From NCBI RefSeq assembly GCF_029504745.1, contig NZ_JAQFIQ010000005.1, positions 39,278 to 71,277 of the forward strand: 32,000 nucleotides of DNA, in the 5' to 3' direction. Origin of the DNA: Breznakia sp. PF5-3. Its GTDB lineage: Bacteria; Bacillota_I; Bacilli_A; Erysipelotrichales; Erysipelotrichaceae. Position numbers and translations under genes: made by a program. Shown here piece by piece: positions 22,982-31,608 of the stretch (the stretch's first letter is position 1; each line of letters opens with the position of its first letter). The notes below the pieces were generated by a model that was not told the origin of the DNA, ran no database searches, and saw nothing but the letters and a program-made list of their open reading frames with translations.

Positions 22982-25303
22982 TTACTTTGGCGTTGTTTTA
23001 CTCAAATATTTATTAACCCCTATACTAATAAAAGAAATCAATGGTAGTGAAACCAACATTGTCACTAAAATAATGATGATAATTTTTTCATTGACGGGGC
23101 TAATCTCTAACCAATTCCAAAAGATAGGAACAGAGATCAAAAACCCTATAATATCCAAAATCAAAACACCACCACGATACCAATTTATTGGTTTATATAT
23201 TCGATAAATCATCTGTATTGAAATAAACGATGTTGTGAAATAAAGAACCGTAAATACTTGATTTAAGTTGAGATCCCACTGTGGAGCTAACAATTTAATT
23301 GCTGCTACACTTATCACAATCATAATTGCATTTGGTAAAGAATAACGTAATGCATGATTTCGAATAGATTCCTTTGGCTTATCTATATTCTTTTCAAACA
23401 TAATCATAAACGAAGGGAAACCTTCAATAAACATATCCATAAGCGTCATTTGGAAAGGAATAAACGGATATGGAATATTCAAAAGAACAGATAAAATTGC
23501 TAAACAGATTGTATAAATCGTTTTCAAATAATACATGGATGCACTACGCGTAATATTATTGATAACTAGTCTTCCTTCACGAACAATATCAACCAATGTG
23601 CCAAGACGTCCATCAATGATTACCACTTGTGCTACTTGTCGAGCAGCATCAGACCCAGAGCCCATTGCAATACTTACATCTGCATCTTTTAATGCTAATA
23701 CATCATTTACACCATCACCAGTCATAGCGATTTTTTGACCATGTTCTTGTAAACACAATATCATTTGGTGCTTTTGATATGGTGTTGCTCGCCCAATAAC
23801 ATCATAATTCATAATTGCATTCTCAATATCTTTTTCATCTTTTATCGTTGTTGCATCAAGATAATGATCATATGTTTTAACACCTGCTTTTTTAGCAATC
23901 GCACTCACGGTTTCAGGATTATCACCAGAGATGATTTTCACTTGTACTTCATTGTCTTCGAAAAACTTCAATGTCTCTACTGCATCGTCCCGTAAAGAGT
24001 CACTGATGACAATAACACCAATGGCAGTAGAACTATGAATATCATCATTTAATGATGATAAGGATTGATTTTTTGCAACCAATAAAACTCTTGCACCTTG
24101 CTTTCGTTGTTCAATAATATCATCACTGAATTGATAATCTGGAAGAATAAATTCAGGTGCTCCAACAACAACTGCACCAACACCTTCCAATTGAACAGCA
24201 CTCCATTTTCGGGCAGAAGAAAATGAAATTCGATCCTTTGTTGCATATTTATTTTCTTTTGTGAAATGTGCATGTAACGTTTGATATGTTGTATTGTTAT
24301 CCCGTGCTCCTTGAACAAATGAGGACATAATATCATTAAGTTCATCAATCGATGTATTTCCAAGTGCTACAACATCCTGTACTTTCATAACTCCTTGAGT
24401 TAAAGTCCCTGTTTTATCCAAACATAAAACGTCAATTCTTGACAATGTTTCAATACTAAATAACTCTTGTACCAACGTCTTTTCTGAACCAAGTTTTACC
24501 ACACTCGCTGCCAAAGAAACACTTGTCAATAAAACAAGTCCTTTTGGTAACATTCCCAAAAGAGCAGTCGCTGTGTTAATAACGGTTTCATCAATGCTTT
24601 GATGACGAATCACATACGATTGAAATACCATTAAAAAACATAATGGTATGATAAAGAAACTTGTAAATCTTGTTACTTTATTAAATGTCGTCATCAACTC
24701 TGAAGACACTGGCTTACGCTTACGTGCCTCTTCGGTTATCTTCATTGCATAATTATCAATACCTACATGAATCACTTCAGCATAACATGCACCACTTACA
24801 ATAAAGCTACCGGATAATAACGTATCTCCAACCTTCTTCAATACAGGTTCTACTTCGCCTGAAATTAAAGATTCATCCACTTCTACATTATCACTTAAAA
24901 TAATCGAATCTGCGCTGATTTGGTTTCCTGTTTCAAAATAAACAGTATCATGTAATACAATATCATCATTACTTAAAAGCTGTTCTTTACCATTACGGAT
25001 AACTTTCGTCTTTGGTGATACAATAAGATTTAACTTTGCAATTGTATTTTTTGATCGAATTTCCTGATATGCACGAATTATTGTATTACTTAAAACAATA
25101 ATCACAAAAAAAAGACTTGAGTAAGCTTTTACCATAATAAGTGCAAACGCAATTGCAAAATTATATGCATTAAATAAATTAAAAACATGTCCAAGAATAA
25201 TTCTAAGATTACTTTTCACAATTGGCTTTGGTGGTATATTCACATTACCTAGTCTGGTTTCTTTGTTGACCTCTTCCTGTGTTAGTCCATTAAACTTTTT
25301 CAT
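22982..25303 (-). CDS. Cation-translocating P-type ATPase (HAD-IC, P2-like; substrate unknown)
   Basis: 773 aa. Phosphorylation motif LCLDKTGTLTQG, the hinge MTGDGVNDVLALKDADVSIAMG, the TGE-like actuator SGEVEP, and about 8-10 TM helices. Confidence 0.9.
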   Translation of the reverse strand: MKKFNGLTQEEVNKETRLGNVNIPPKPIVKSNLRIILGHVFNLFNAYNFAIAFALIMVKAYSSLFFVIIVLSNTIIRAYQEIRSKNTIAKLNLIVSPKTKVIRNGKEQLLSNDDIVLHDTVYFETGNQISADSIILSDNVEVDESLISGEVEPVLKKVGDTLLSGSFIVSGACYAEVIHVGIDNYAMKITEEARKRKPVSSELMTTFNKVTRFTSFFIIPLCFLMVFQSYVIRHQSIDETVINTATALLGMLPKGLVLLTSVSLAASVVKLGSEKTLVQELFSIETLSRIDVLCLDKTGTLTQGVMKVQDVVALGNTSIDELNDIMSSFVQGARDNNTTYQTLHAHFTKENKYATKDRISFSSARKWSAVQLEGVGAVVVGAPEFILPDYQFSDDIIEQRKQGARVLLVAKNQSLSSLNDDIHSSTAIGVIVISDSLRDDAVETLKFFEDNEVQVKIISGDNPETVSAIAKKAGVKTYDHYLDATTIKDEKDIENAIMNYDVIGRATPYQKHQMILCLQEHGQKIAMTGDGVNDVLALKDADVSIAMGSGSDAARQVAQVVIIDGRLGTLVDIVREGRLVINNITRSASMYYLKTIYTICLAILSVLLNIPYPFIPFQMTLMDMFIEGFPSFMIMFEKNIDKPKESIRNHALRYSLPNAIMIVISVAAIKLLAPQWDLNLNQVFTVLYFTTSFISIQMIYRIYKPINWYRGGVLILDIIGFLISVPIFWNWLEISPVNEKIIIIILVTMLVSLPLISFISIGVNKYLSKTTPK

Positions 25304-25361
25304 TCGCCTCTATTGCTTCTCCCATCCAAATACTGACTCCAAACAATTCACTCTCCATAGA

Positions 25362-25390
25362 ATTATATATGTTATTTACAAGGGTTGCAA
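25362..25390 (-). promoter_or_regulatory. Near-consensus promoter for the P-type ATPase (TTGCAA-17-TATAAT)
   Basis: The minus strand reads TTGCAA (25390..25385), a 17-nt spacer, then TATAAT (25367..25362). This leaves a leader of about 55 nt. Confidence 0.6.
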
Positions 25391-25465
25391 CAAATTAACC
25401 AATTTATAACAATTCAAACATTAGTGTCCTCCTTGCACTTATTTAATACTAAAAAACATTAATAC

Positions 25466-25512
25466 AATAAAAAAAGAAAAGATCAATAACTAGATATGGG
25501 TATCGATCTTTT
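25466..25512 (-). terminator. Rho-independent terminator after the ABC exporter operon
   Basis: On the minus strand, a 12-bp stem AAAAGATCGATA / TATTGATCTTTT (one G-U) with a 12-nt loop, followed by CTTTTTTTATT. Confidence 0.65.
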
Positions 25513-25532
25513 ATCAATTCATATATGTTCTT

Positions 25533-28025
25533 TTATTCAACACTCTTTAAAGATTCAATCATATTGATTTTTTTCAATGAATAATGGGAAAATATACAAA
25601 CAATAATCGTAAATCCAAATACAATTAATGCTGCATATACATAACTAATCGGTTCTATTATTTTAGGAAAAATTGTATAATCGGTTTCAGCAGCACTAAA
25701 TACTAAGTTTACTAACAATGTACCACCAAACATACCAAAGAAGATTCCAATCAAACTTAAAATAATCATTTCTCTATTTACATATTGATCCACTTCATTA
25801 TTATAAAAGCCTAATACTTTTAATGTAGCTAATTCACGAATTCGCTCATTGATATTCACATTAGATAAATTATACAATACTAAGAAAGTTAGTAAACCAG
25901 AAGCAATAATAATGATGATAATTACATAATCAAAACTCATGATAGAACCTTGCATATCAGAAAGTAAATGAACTGATGTTACATGATCTGTTTCTAATAG
26001 ACTTTCCACAAAATTATTTTCCGCTTTTTCATTCAACATATCTGTTTTTAATAACAGCATATTGGATGTTGGTGATTCATTAAAAATATGTTCATACAAA
26101 GCTTTACTCATATAAATGTTATTAGACATATATTGTTCGCAAATTGCTCCAACAGTTACTTCTTTTTCACCTTTGTCTTCATCTTTAATCGTGATTGTAT
26201 CACCAGTTTTTATAGATAATGCATTGGCAATTGGCTGGGTTAGAATTACTTCATTATCCTTTAATGTATATCCTTTTGAATTCTTTGGATCTCGTAATTT
26301 AATAAAAGAATTAAAAGCTTTTGTATCTTCTATAACCATCATTGAAATACTCTTGTTATCTTTACCATATTCAATATCAACACTCTGCATATAAATTGGT
26401 AATAGCTCTTTTACTTCTTGATTATCTTTTATCTCATTATAGAAACTAGACTCATCGCTGTTTGTACCTACCATTACTTGATATTGATATATTTCTTCAT
26501 ATTGAAGTGGTGTCATTTGCGAAATACTATTATCTACACCAAACCCTATAAGGACTAAACTAGTTGCCCCACAAATCCCAAAAATTGTCATTAAAAACCT
26601 TTTTTTATAACGGAAAATATTCCTCAAAGTTACTTTTTGTGTGAAACTCAATCTTTTCCATAAAAATGTAACACGTTCCAATAAAACTCGCTTCCCCTGC
26701 TTTGGTGCTTCAGGTCGCATCAATGTAGCAGGCACAAGTCGAAGTTTTTCATAACTTGCATAAACCGCACCACCTACAATACAGATGATTGCAATAGCAA
26801 TTCCAATAAAGGCAATTTTGTAATCAAATAAAATTGCATGTTTTGGTAATGAATACCCTGTAGAACATAGCGATACAACTATATTGGTTAGAAAATAAAA
26901 ACCAATAATCACACCAAGAATTGTCCCTATTAGTGTTGCTAGCATTGCATACGATATGTATTTGCTAGCTATCTTAGATTTGCTATAACCTAATCCCTTG
27001 AGTGTTCCAATCTGCGTTCGCTCTTCATCCACCATCCGTGTCATTGCCGTTAAACTCATCAGGGTTGCTACCGCATAAAAAATAATTGGAAAGATTCGAC
27101 TAATATTATCAATATTATTGGATTCTTGAATCCATGCACTATACCCTATATTGGCTGTTTCTCGATCTTGAATGTACCAAGTAGGATAAGGAACAGCATC
27201 ACGTATTTCTTGCTGCTGTTCATCACTCAACATCAAAACTCCATTTACTTCGTAAGGTTTTAATTCATCTTCAACAATCTGCTCATAGCGTAATTCTTTT
27301 TGCTTATCACTAATATCTTTTATATTATCTTCAATATTTTGTATTAAACGCTCATACTCATCGCTCTCACTATTCATCCTTTTTGCATTTTCTGCTAATA
27401 CATAAATCGTACGAATACCAGATGCTTTTAAATTGTTTTGATTTATATACATATAAGATTCCACTTTTCCAGAACCTAGATTAGAAGCATCTTTTTCATC
27501 TGATATATATAAAGGAGACTTTACAAAGCCTACAACTTTTACATTATTCTTTTGAAAAATATCATCACTATCTTGAATATCTAAAAAATCACCAATTTGA
27601 ATCCCTTGTGCTTTAGCAAATTGCTCATCAATACTACATTCCGTTTTTGTAGAAGGTTGTTTACCTTTTACAATACTTGGACGATTGATGTTTGTTTCAT
27701 ACTCCATAATATGAAACACATATTGTGTCTTTTCATATTCGACAATATGGTCTTGTTCGTAAATACCATATGCATTTTCTACATCATCCAAATCACGAAT
27801 AGCTTTAACATCATCCTTTTGAAAACCTAAGGTTGAACTTATTTTAATATCATACACATTATGATCATTTTGGTAATCCTTTAAAGAACTGCGCATATTT
27901 ACACCACTAGCACTAATTCCCACAAACACAGCAACGCCTAACATTGCCATTAACAAGATGGAAACAAAGCGCTTATAAGAATGCTTTATTTCTCGTAGTG
28001 TATCTTTTCTTAAAGCATTTTTCAT
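25533..28025 (-). CDS. MacB/FtsX-type ABC transporter permease (duplicated FtsX module)
   Basis: About 830 aa. An N-terminal TM (RFVSILLMAMLGVAVFVGI), two large extracytoplasmic segments and two 3-4-TM FtsX-type bundles. ATG 28025 lies 2 nt after the ATPase stop (TAAccATG); the track's GTG 28034 is the alternative start. Confidence 0.9.
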   Translation of the reverse strand: MKNALRKDTLREIKHSYKRFVSILLMAMLGVAVFVGISASGVNMRSSLKDYQNDHNVYDIKISSTLGFQKDDVKAIRDLDDVENAYGIYEQDHIVEYEKTQYVFHIMEYETNINRPSIVKGKQPSTKTECSIDEQFAKAQGIQIGDFLDIQDSDDIFQKNNVKVVGFVKSPLYISDEKDASNLGSGKVESYMYINQNNLKASGIRTIYVLAENAKRMNSESDEYERLIQNIEDNIKDISDKQKELRYEQIVEDELKPYEVNGVLMLSDEQQQEIRDAVPYPTWYIQDRETANIGYSAWIQESNNIDNISRIFPIIFYAVATLMSLTAMTRMVDEERTQIGTLKGLGYSKSKIASKYISYAMLATLIGTILGVIIGFYFLTNIVVSLCSTGYSLPKHAILFDYKIAFIGIAIAIICIVGGAVYASYEKLRLVPATLMRPEAPKQGKRVLLERVTFLWKRLSFTQKVTLRNIFRYKKRFLMTIFGICGATSLVLIGFGVDNSISQMTPLQYEEIYQYQVMVGTNSDESSFYNEIKDNQEVKELLPIYMQSVDIEYGKDNKSISMMVIEDTKAFNSFIKLRDPKNSKGYTLKDNEVILTQPIANALSIKTGDTITIKDEDKGEKEVTVGAICEQYMSNNIYMSKALYEHIFNESPTSNMLLLKTDMLNEKAENNFVESLLETDHVTSVHLLSDMQGSIMSFDYVIIIIIIASGLLTFLVLYNLSNVNINERIRELATLKVLGFYNNEVDQYVNREMIILSLIGIFFGMFGGTLLVNLVFSAAETDYTIFPKIIEPISYVYAALIVFGFTIIVCIFSHYSLKKINMIESLKSVE

Positions 28026-28027
28026 GG

Positions 28028-28729
28028 TTACCACTCTATTTCATCAATTGATATCGGATGCTCATTTATTTCAATCTTTGATGCACTTCCATTACGAAAC
28101 GATATAACCTTGTCTGCCATTGGGGCTAACGCTGTATTATGAGTAATAATCACCACTGTAATATGCTCCTTACGACATGTATCTTGCAAAAGATGCAAAA
28201 TCTGTTTTCCGGTTGTATAATCCAAAGCTCCCGTTGGTTCATCACATAGAAGTAACTTAGGATTTTTTGCTAATGCTCTAGCAATTGCCACTCGTTGTTG
28301 TTCACCACCAGATAATTGAGAAGGAAAATTATCCATTCGCTTTGCTAATCCAACCTTATCTAGCACCTCTACAGGATCTAGTGGATCCTTACAAATTTGA
28401 ATAGCAAGTTCTACATTTTCCTTTGCAGTCAAATTTTGTACTAAATTATAAAACTGAAAAATAAAGCCTATGTCTTCTCTACGATACGTTATCAGTTCAC
28501 GATCATTAAGCTTTGTGATATCCTTATCATCAACAAAAACTGAGCCTGCACTCACACGATCCATTCCACCCAGTATATTTAATGTCGTTGTTTTCCCAGC
28601 TCCACTTGGTCCAACAATAACAACTAATTCACCTTTATCAATTGAAAAAGATGTTTCATTCAAAGCATTGATAACTACCTCACCCATTTGATAAGTTTTC
28701 TTTACGTCCTTAAATTCAATATAATTCAT
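28028..28729 (-). CDS. ABC transporter ATP-binding protein (MacB/LolD-type)
   Basis: Walker [10 protein letters not shown], signature [15 protein letters not shown], Walker [13 protein letters not shown] and H-loop ITHN. RBS AAAGGAG. Confidence 0.95.
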   Translation of the reverse strand: MNYIEFKDVKKTYQMGEVVINALNETSFSIDKGELVVIVGPSGAGKTTTLNILGGMDRVSAGSVFVDDKDITKLNDRELITYRREDIGFIFQFYNLVQNLTAKENVELAIQICKDPLDPVEVLDKVGLAKRMDNFPSQLSGGEQQRVAIARALAKNPKLLLCDEPTGALDYTTGKQILHLLQDTCRKEHITVVIITHNTALAPMADKVISFRNGSASKIEINEHPISIDEIEW

Positions 28730-28753
28730 AAAGTCTCCTTTTTATACACTGTG

Positions 28754-28804
28754 TTGAATATCTAACACTTCTTATATTATAATGTGATTATGATAATCCG
28801 ACAA
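28754..28804. promoter_or_regulatory. Overlapping divergent promoters of the tetR gene and the ABC operon
   Basis: Plus strand: TTGAAT (28754..28759), 18 nt, TATAAT (28778..28783). Minus strand: TTGTCG (28804..28799), 17 nt, TATAAT (28781..28776). The two -10 hexamers share the sequence TATTATAAT. Confidence 0.45.
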
Positions 28805-28873
28805 CCATCAAAAATGATGGAAATGCTAGTAAATAAACAAATCGTATAAAACTGTTCAAAAAGTGAGGATCTT

Positions 28874-29455
28874 ATGAAAAAAGAAAAAGTTGACCGTCGT
28901 ATAAAATATACAAAAATGGTTATTCAAGAAAGCTTATTGCAACTTATTAAAGAAAAGCCTATCGCCAAAATATCAATCAAGGAACTATGCGAAAAAGCAG
29001 ATGTTAACCGTGGCACCTTTTATAATCACTATCAAGATGTATATGATGTATTAGATAATATTCAAAGCAAAGTTAGTAAAGAGATTATCGAATCTGTAAC
29101 AGTCTATTTACAATCAACCAAAAAGCAAATTACTGATTTCTCATTATATCTATTTGAATATTTAGATAAGAATCGTGAAATATTCAAAATACTATTGAGC
29201 AAAAATGCTAATGGTGACTTTATTGATAATATATATTTTTTAGTACAAGATACAGTCATGAAAGATTGGAAACAAAAAAATCCTAAGATTGATGATAAAA
29301 CATTAAAGATGATGTTTCATTACATCGCCTATGGATCTATTAGTATTCTTCAATTATGGATTGAAAATGATCTTCAAACAACACCTGAAGAGATGTCTAT
29401 CTTTATGAATCAAATATCGGAATTTGGATATTCCAAATATCTTATTGTAAATTAA
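28874..29455 (+). CDS. TetR/AcrR family transcriptional regulator (DhaS-like subgroup)
   Basis: 193 aa. N-terminal HTH ISIKELCEKADVNRGTFYNHYQDVYDVL is typical of TetR_N. RBS GTGAGGA. Confidence 0.85.
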   Translation: MKKEKVDRRIKYTKMVIQESLLQLIKEKPIAKISIKELCEKADVNRGTFYNHYQDVYDVLDNIQSKVSKEIIESVTVYLQSTKKQITDFSLYLFEYLDKNREIFKILLSKNANGDFIDNIYFLVQDTVMKDWKQKNPKIDDKTLKMMFHYIAYGSISILQLWIENDLQTTPEEMSIFMNQISEFGYSKYLIVN

Positions 29456-29477
29456 AAAAGTCCAAGCGACTTTTTTT
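29454..29477. terminator. Weak A/U-rich bidirectional hairpin between the tetR gene and the membrane-protein gene
   Basis: AAAAAAGTC-caagc-GACTTTTTT. There are only 3 G-C pairs, so stability is low. Confidence 0.4.
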
Positions 29478-29479
29478 AA

Positions 29480-30736
29480 TTATAATTCTTCACTTTCCTC
29501 TTCCAATAATATTTTTGGCTTTTGTCCTTCAATCGTCACTTCAAAAGCTCTATCAATCTTTAAAACTAATTTTTGAAGATTTTGAAGCAATAGTAATATC
29601 CAACTAAAGGCCAATACAAATGCAATCAATTCAAATGCTGTTAAAGATAGATAGCCTAAGCCTAAAAACAAAACTACTGTAATTGCTAAACCAACACCAA
29701 TCAAATATGATAAACGTAAAAACCGTTTACTGATATTTGGCAGTAGCCAACGTAAGAAAACAATAAGAATCAAAATTAAAACTACAAGCGCTCTTGCAAC
29801 ATAGTCATGAATTCTTTGAAAATACCATAATTCATTATAAGGAAAGAGTCCTACACCTCCTAAATTAATTGCTGTTAGAGTTAACAATACTCTTAATATT
29901 GCCAATCTTTTACTTTTAGGAATTGCTTTTTGTAATGTTACAAATAAATAATCAATCAAAGCAATCATCAATAGTGCAGAAAAAATCAATGTTACATTAA
30001 ATTGCCAACTATTATTCGCATCTGGAGTTCCCAAAAAACTAAAATTATATTGCCACCATTCTTGGTCTGTATTTGTCATCATCGCTGTAAAAACCCCACC
30101 GATAATAACCACTGTAAGAATATTAGTTAACATTGACGGTGTTATGAAAATCGATATATAAATCATAGCGTAGTTAACAAAGCACATAATCAAAAAGAAG
30201 ATTACAGTTGCTGTGATAATATCAAAGCTCGCTCCAATAAATACAAGTTCTAAAACCTTAAAGAATAAAATAAGAAAAAACGCTAAGATAATTCCAAAAG
30301 ATATCAACACCGTTGGTAAATTACGCCAGTAAATATTTTTTGATGCTGCCTTAATCTTATCTTTTTTACCTTGGATAAAAAAGAATAAAAAACTAGCAAT
30401 ACCACTTACAAGCCCACCAAAAAAAGATATTGTGGAAATGGAATTTTCTCCTACAAGTGATATCTGCTGTGTATCTTTAAAAAAGAAAAAGAAACCAACA
30501 CTTACTAGCATTGCTGGTATCAAAAACCAGTGTAGAGAAATAGACTGTTTTTCTTCTTCACTATCCAAAAATTCAATAAATATTTTTTTGCCTTCTACAC
30601 GAATCATTGCTTGTTGTGAATCCATAACCTTCACTTCTTCTAATACCTTATTTGGTAATATCACTTTATTATCTAGTTCTTCAACATCCGCTTGAACATT
30701 TTCTTTATTCTTCTTTGATTTTCTAAATCTTACCAT
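29480..30736 (-). CDS. Polytopic membrane protein of unknown function (418 aa)
   Basis: A charged N-terminal domain of about 75 aa, then about 10 TM helices and an acidic C-terminal tail (LLEEESEEL). Start moved to ATG 30736 (GAGAGGA 8 nt upstream). ATG 30772 lies inside the predicted promoter spacer. The C-terminal half is vaguely DUF998-like (low confidence). Confidence 0.7.
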   Translation of the reverse strand: MVRFRKSKKNKENVQADVEELDNKVILPNKVLEEVKVMDSQQAMIRVEGKKIFIEFLDSEEEKQSISLHWFLIPAMLVSVGFFFFFKDTQQISLVGENSISTISFFGGLVSGIASFLFFFIQGKKDKIKAASKNIYWRNLPTVLISFGIILAFFLILFFKVLELVFIGASFDIITATVIFFLIMCFVNYAMIYISIFITPSMLTNILTVVIIGGVFTAMMTNTDQEWWQYNFSFLGTPDANNSWQFNVTLIFSALLMIALIDYLFVTLQKAIPKSKRLAILRVLLTLTAINLGGVGLFPYNELWYFQRIHDYVARALVVLILILIVFLRWLLPNISKRFLRLSYLIGVGLAITVVLFLGLGYLSLTAFELIAFVLAFSWILLLLQNLQKLVLKIDRAFEVTIEGQKPKILLEEESEEL

Positions 30737-30756
30737 AATTACTATCCTCTCGTTCA

Positions 30757-30785
30757 AATCTAGCACACTCATAATTAGAAGTCAA
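30757..30785 (-). promoter_or_regulatory. Candidate promoter TTGACT-17-TAGATT for the membrane-protein gene
   Basis: The minus strand reads TTGACT (30785..30780), a 17-nt spacer, then TAGATT (30762..30757). Confidence 0.45.
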
Positions 30786-30949
30786 TAAACTAGAGAAAGG
30801 GAAAAGTGAATGAATGTTAGTTCCTTTTGATTAAATATTCAATTTTATTATCTTTACTATTCTACATGGCACTACTATTAATAAATTCTATTATATACAT
30901 GTATCATAACCACTGATATAATCAGTGGTTTGTTGCCATTCCATATTTT

Positions 30950-31527
30950 TCTTATAAAGGAACAATAGGAAAAATAGCAGATAATTTAATTGAAAGAAAC
31001 TTCGAAGCAGAGAAACCAAATCAAAAATGGTATACAATGTCATAGAGTTTAACTTGCGAGGAGAAAAACTATACCCATCACTTATTTTGGGTGGATTCAA
31101 TGGCGAAGTAGTTCATTTAATCTATCCATATCGAAGCTTAAAACAAATCAAAGATATGCTTAAAGATGTCTTTGAAAGGAATCCAGTAGTAACTGTGTTA
31201 ATCTTTCATCGTAACCAGGGATGGTAATCGCAATATTTCAGTTATATCCAGGAGTTGAAAGAAAAAGGAATCAAACAAAGTATGTCATGAAAAGGAAACA
31301 GTAAGGATAATGGAATGATGGAAAGTTTCTTTAGTATATTGAAATCAGAAATGTTTTATGGAGAAGAGCATACCTTTAAGATTCTACAAGAGCTAAAGAT
31401 AGCTATAACAGAATACATAGAGTAATAACGCATTAGGGAAAAATTAAAAGGACTGAGTCCTGCATCTTAGAACTCAAGTCCTTCAATCATACTAATAACA
31501 TTATTTCCAACTTATTGGGTCACTTCA
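30950..31527 (+). mobile_element. IS3-family transposase (OrfB/integrase core) remnant: 5'-truncated, frameshifted, multiple stops
   Basis: The conceptual read is SYKGTIGKIADNLIERNFEAEKPNQKWYT, a 1-nt frameshift near 31037, then (D)VIEFNLRGEKLYPSLILGGFNGEVV...FHRNQGW*SQY...QSMS*KGNSKDNGMMESFFSILKSE...EYIE**RIREKLKGLSPAS*. This follows the IS3 OrfB pattern (PNQKW.TD.TEF, H.DQGWQY, SRKGNC.DN..ESFF, L.G.SP..YR). The right end ...TTGGGTCACTTCA near 31527 resembles an IS3 terminal repeat. No OrfA and no left end are present. Confidence 0.7.
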
Positions 31528-31608
31528 ATTTTTAATCTCTTTTTCTATATGCTTGTTATCTACTAAATATCATGGTAAGCGTAGATATAAGATAATATTT
31601 ATGAATGA

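Noticed and set aside
23535-24363. ORFs 23535..23738 (+), 23765..23995 (+) and 24049..24363 (-, out of frame) within the P-type ATPase gene
   Set aside because: They are nested in a long ORF with complete P-type ATPase motifs, and they have no RBS or domain signal.
25304-25361. Possible Mn2+ (yybP-ykoY) or Mg2+ (M-box) riboswitch in the P-type ATPase leader, prompted by GGAGAGTGAA
   Set aside because: The predicted leader is only about 55 nt, too short for either aptamer. Apart from one GGAGAGT-like word, the conserved cores are absent.
25404-25432. Strong SD (AAGGAGG) followed by a 5-codon mini-ORF ATG TTT GAA TTG TTA TAA (MFELL) on the minus strand upstream of the P-type ATPase, considered as a regulatory leader peptide (mgtL-like)
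   Set aside because: The near-consensus ATPase promoter (TTGCAA-17-TATAAT, 25390..25362) lies downstream of the mini-ORF, so the mini-ORF would not be in the ATPase leader. I could not find a convincing promoter for it. It is likely a relic or chance.
28028-28729. The MacB-type ABC ATPase as the missing FtsE partner of the orphan ftsX
   Set aside because: It is translationally coupled (TAAccATG) to its own 830-aa permease and separated from ftsX by the P-type ATPase gene and two terminators. Nothing in the sequence links the two.
30891-31227. Track ORFs 30891..31100 (-) and 31027..31227 (+) as independent genes
   Set aside because: 31027..31227 is one frame fragment of the decayed IS3 OrfB. 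30891..31100 is its antisense shadow with no RBS.
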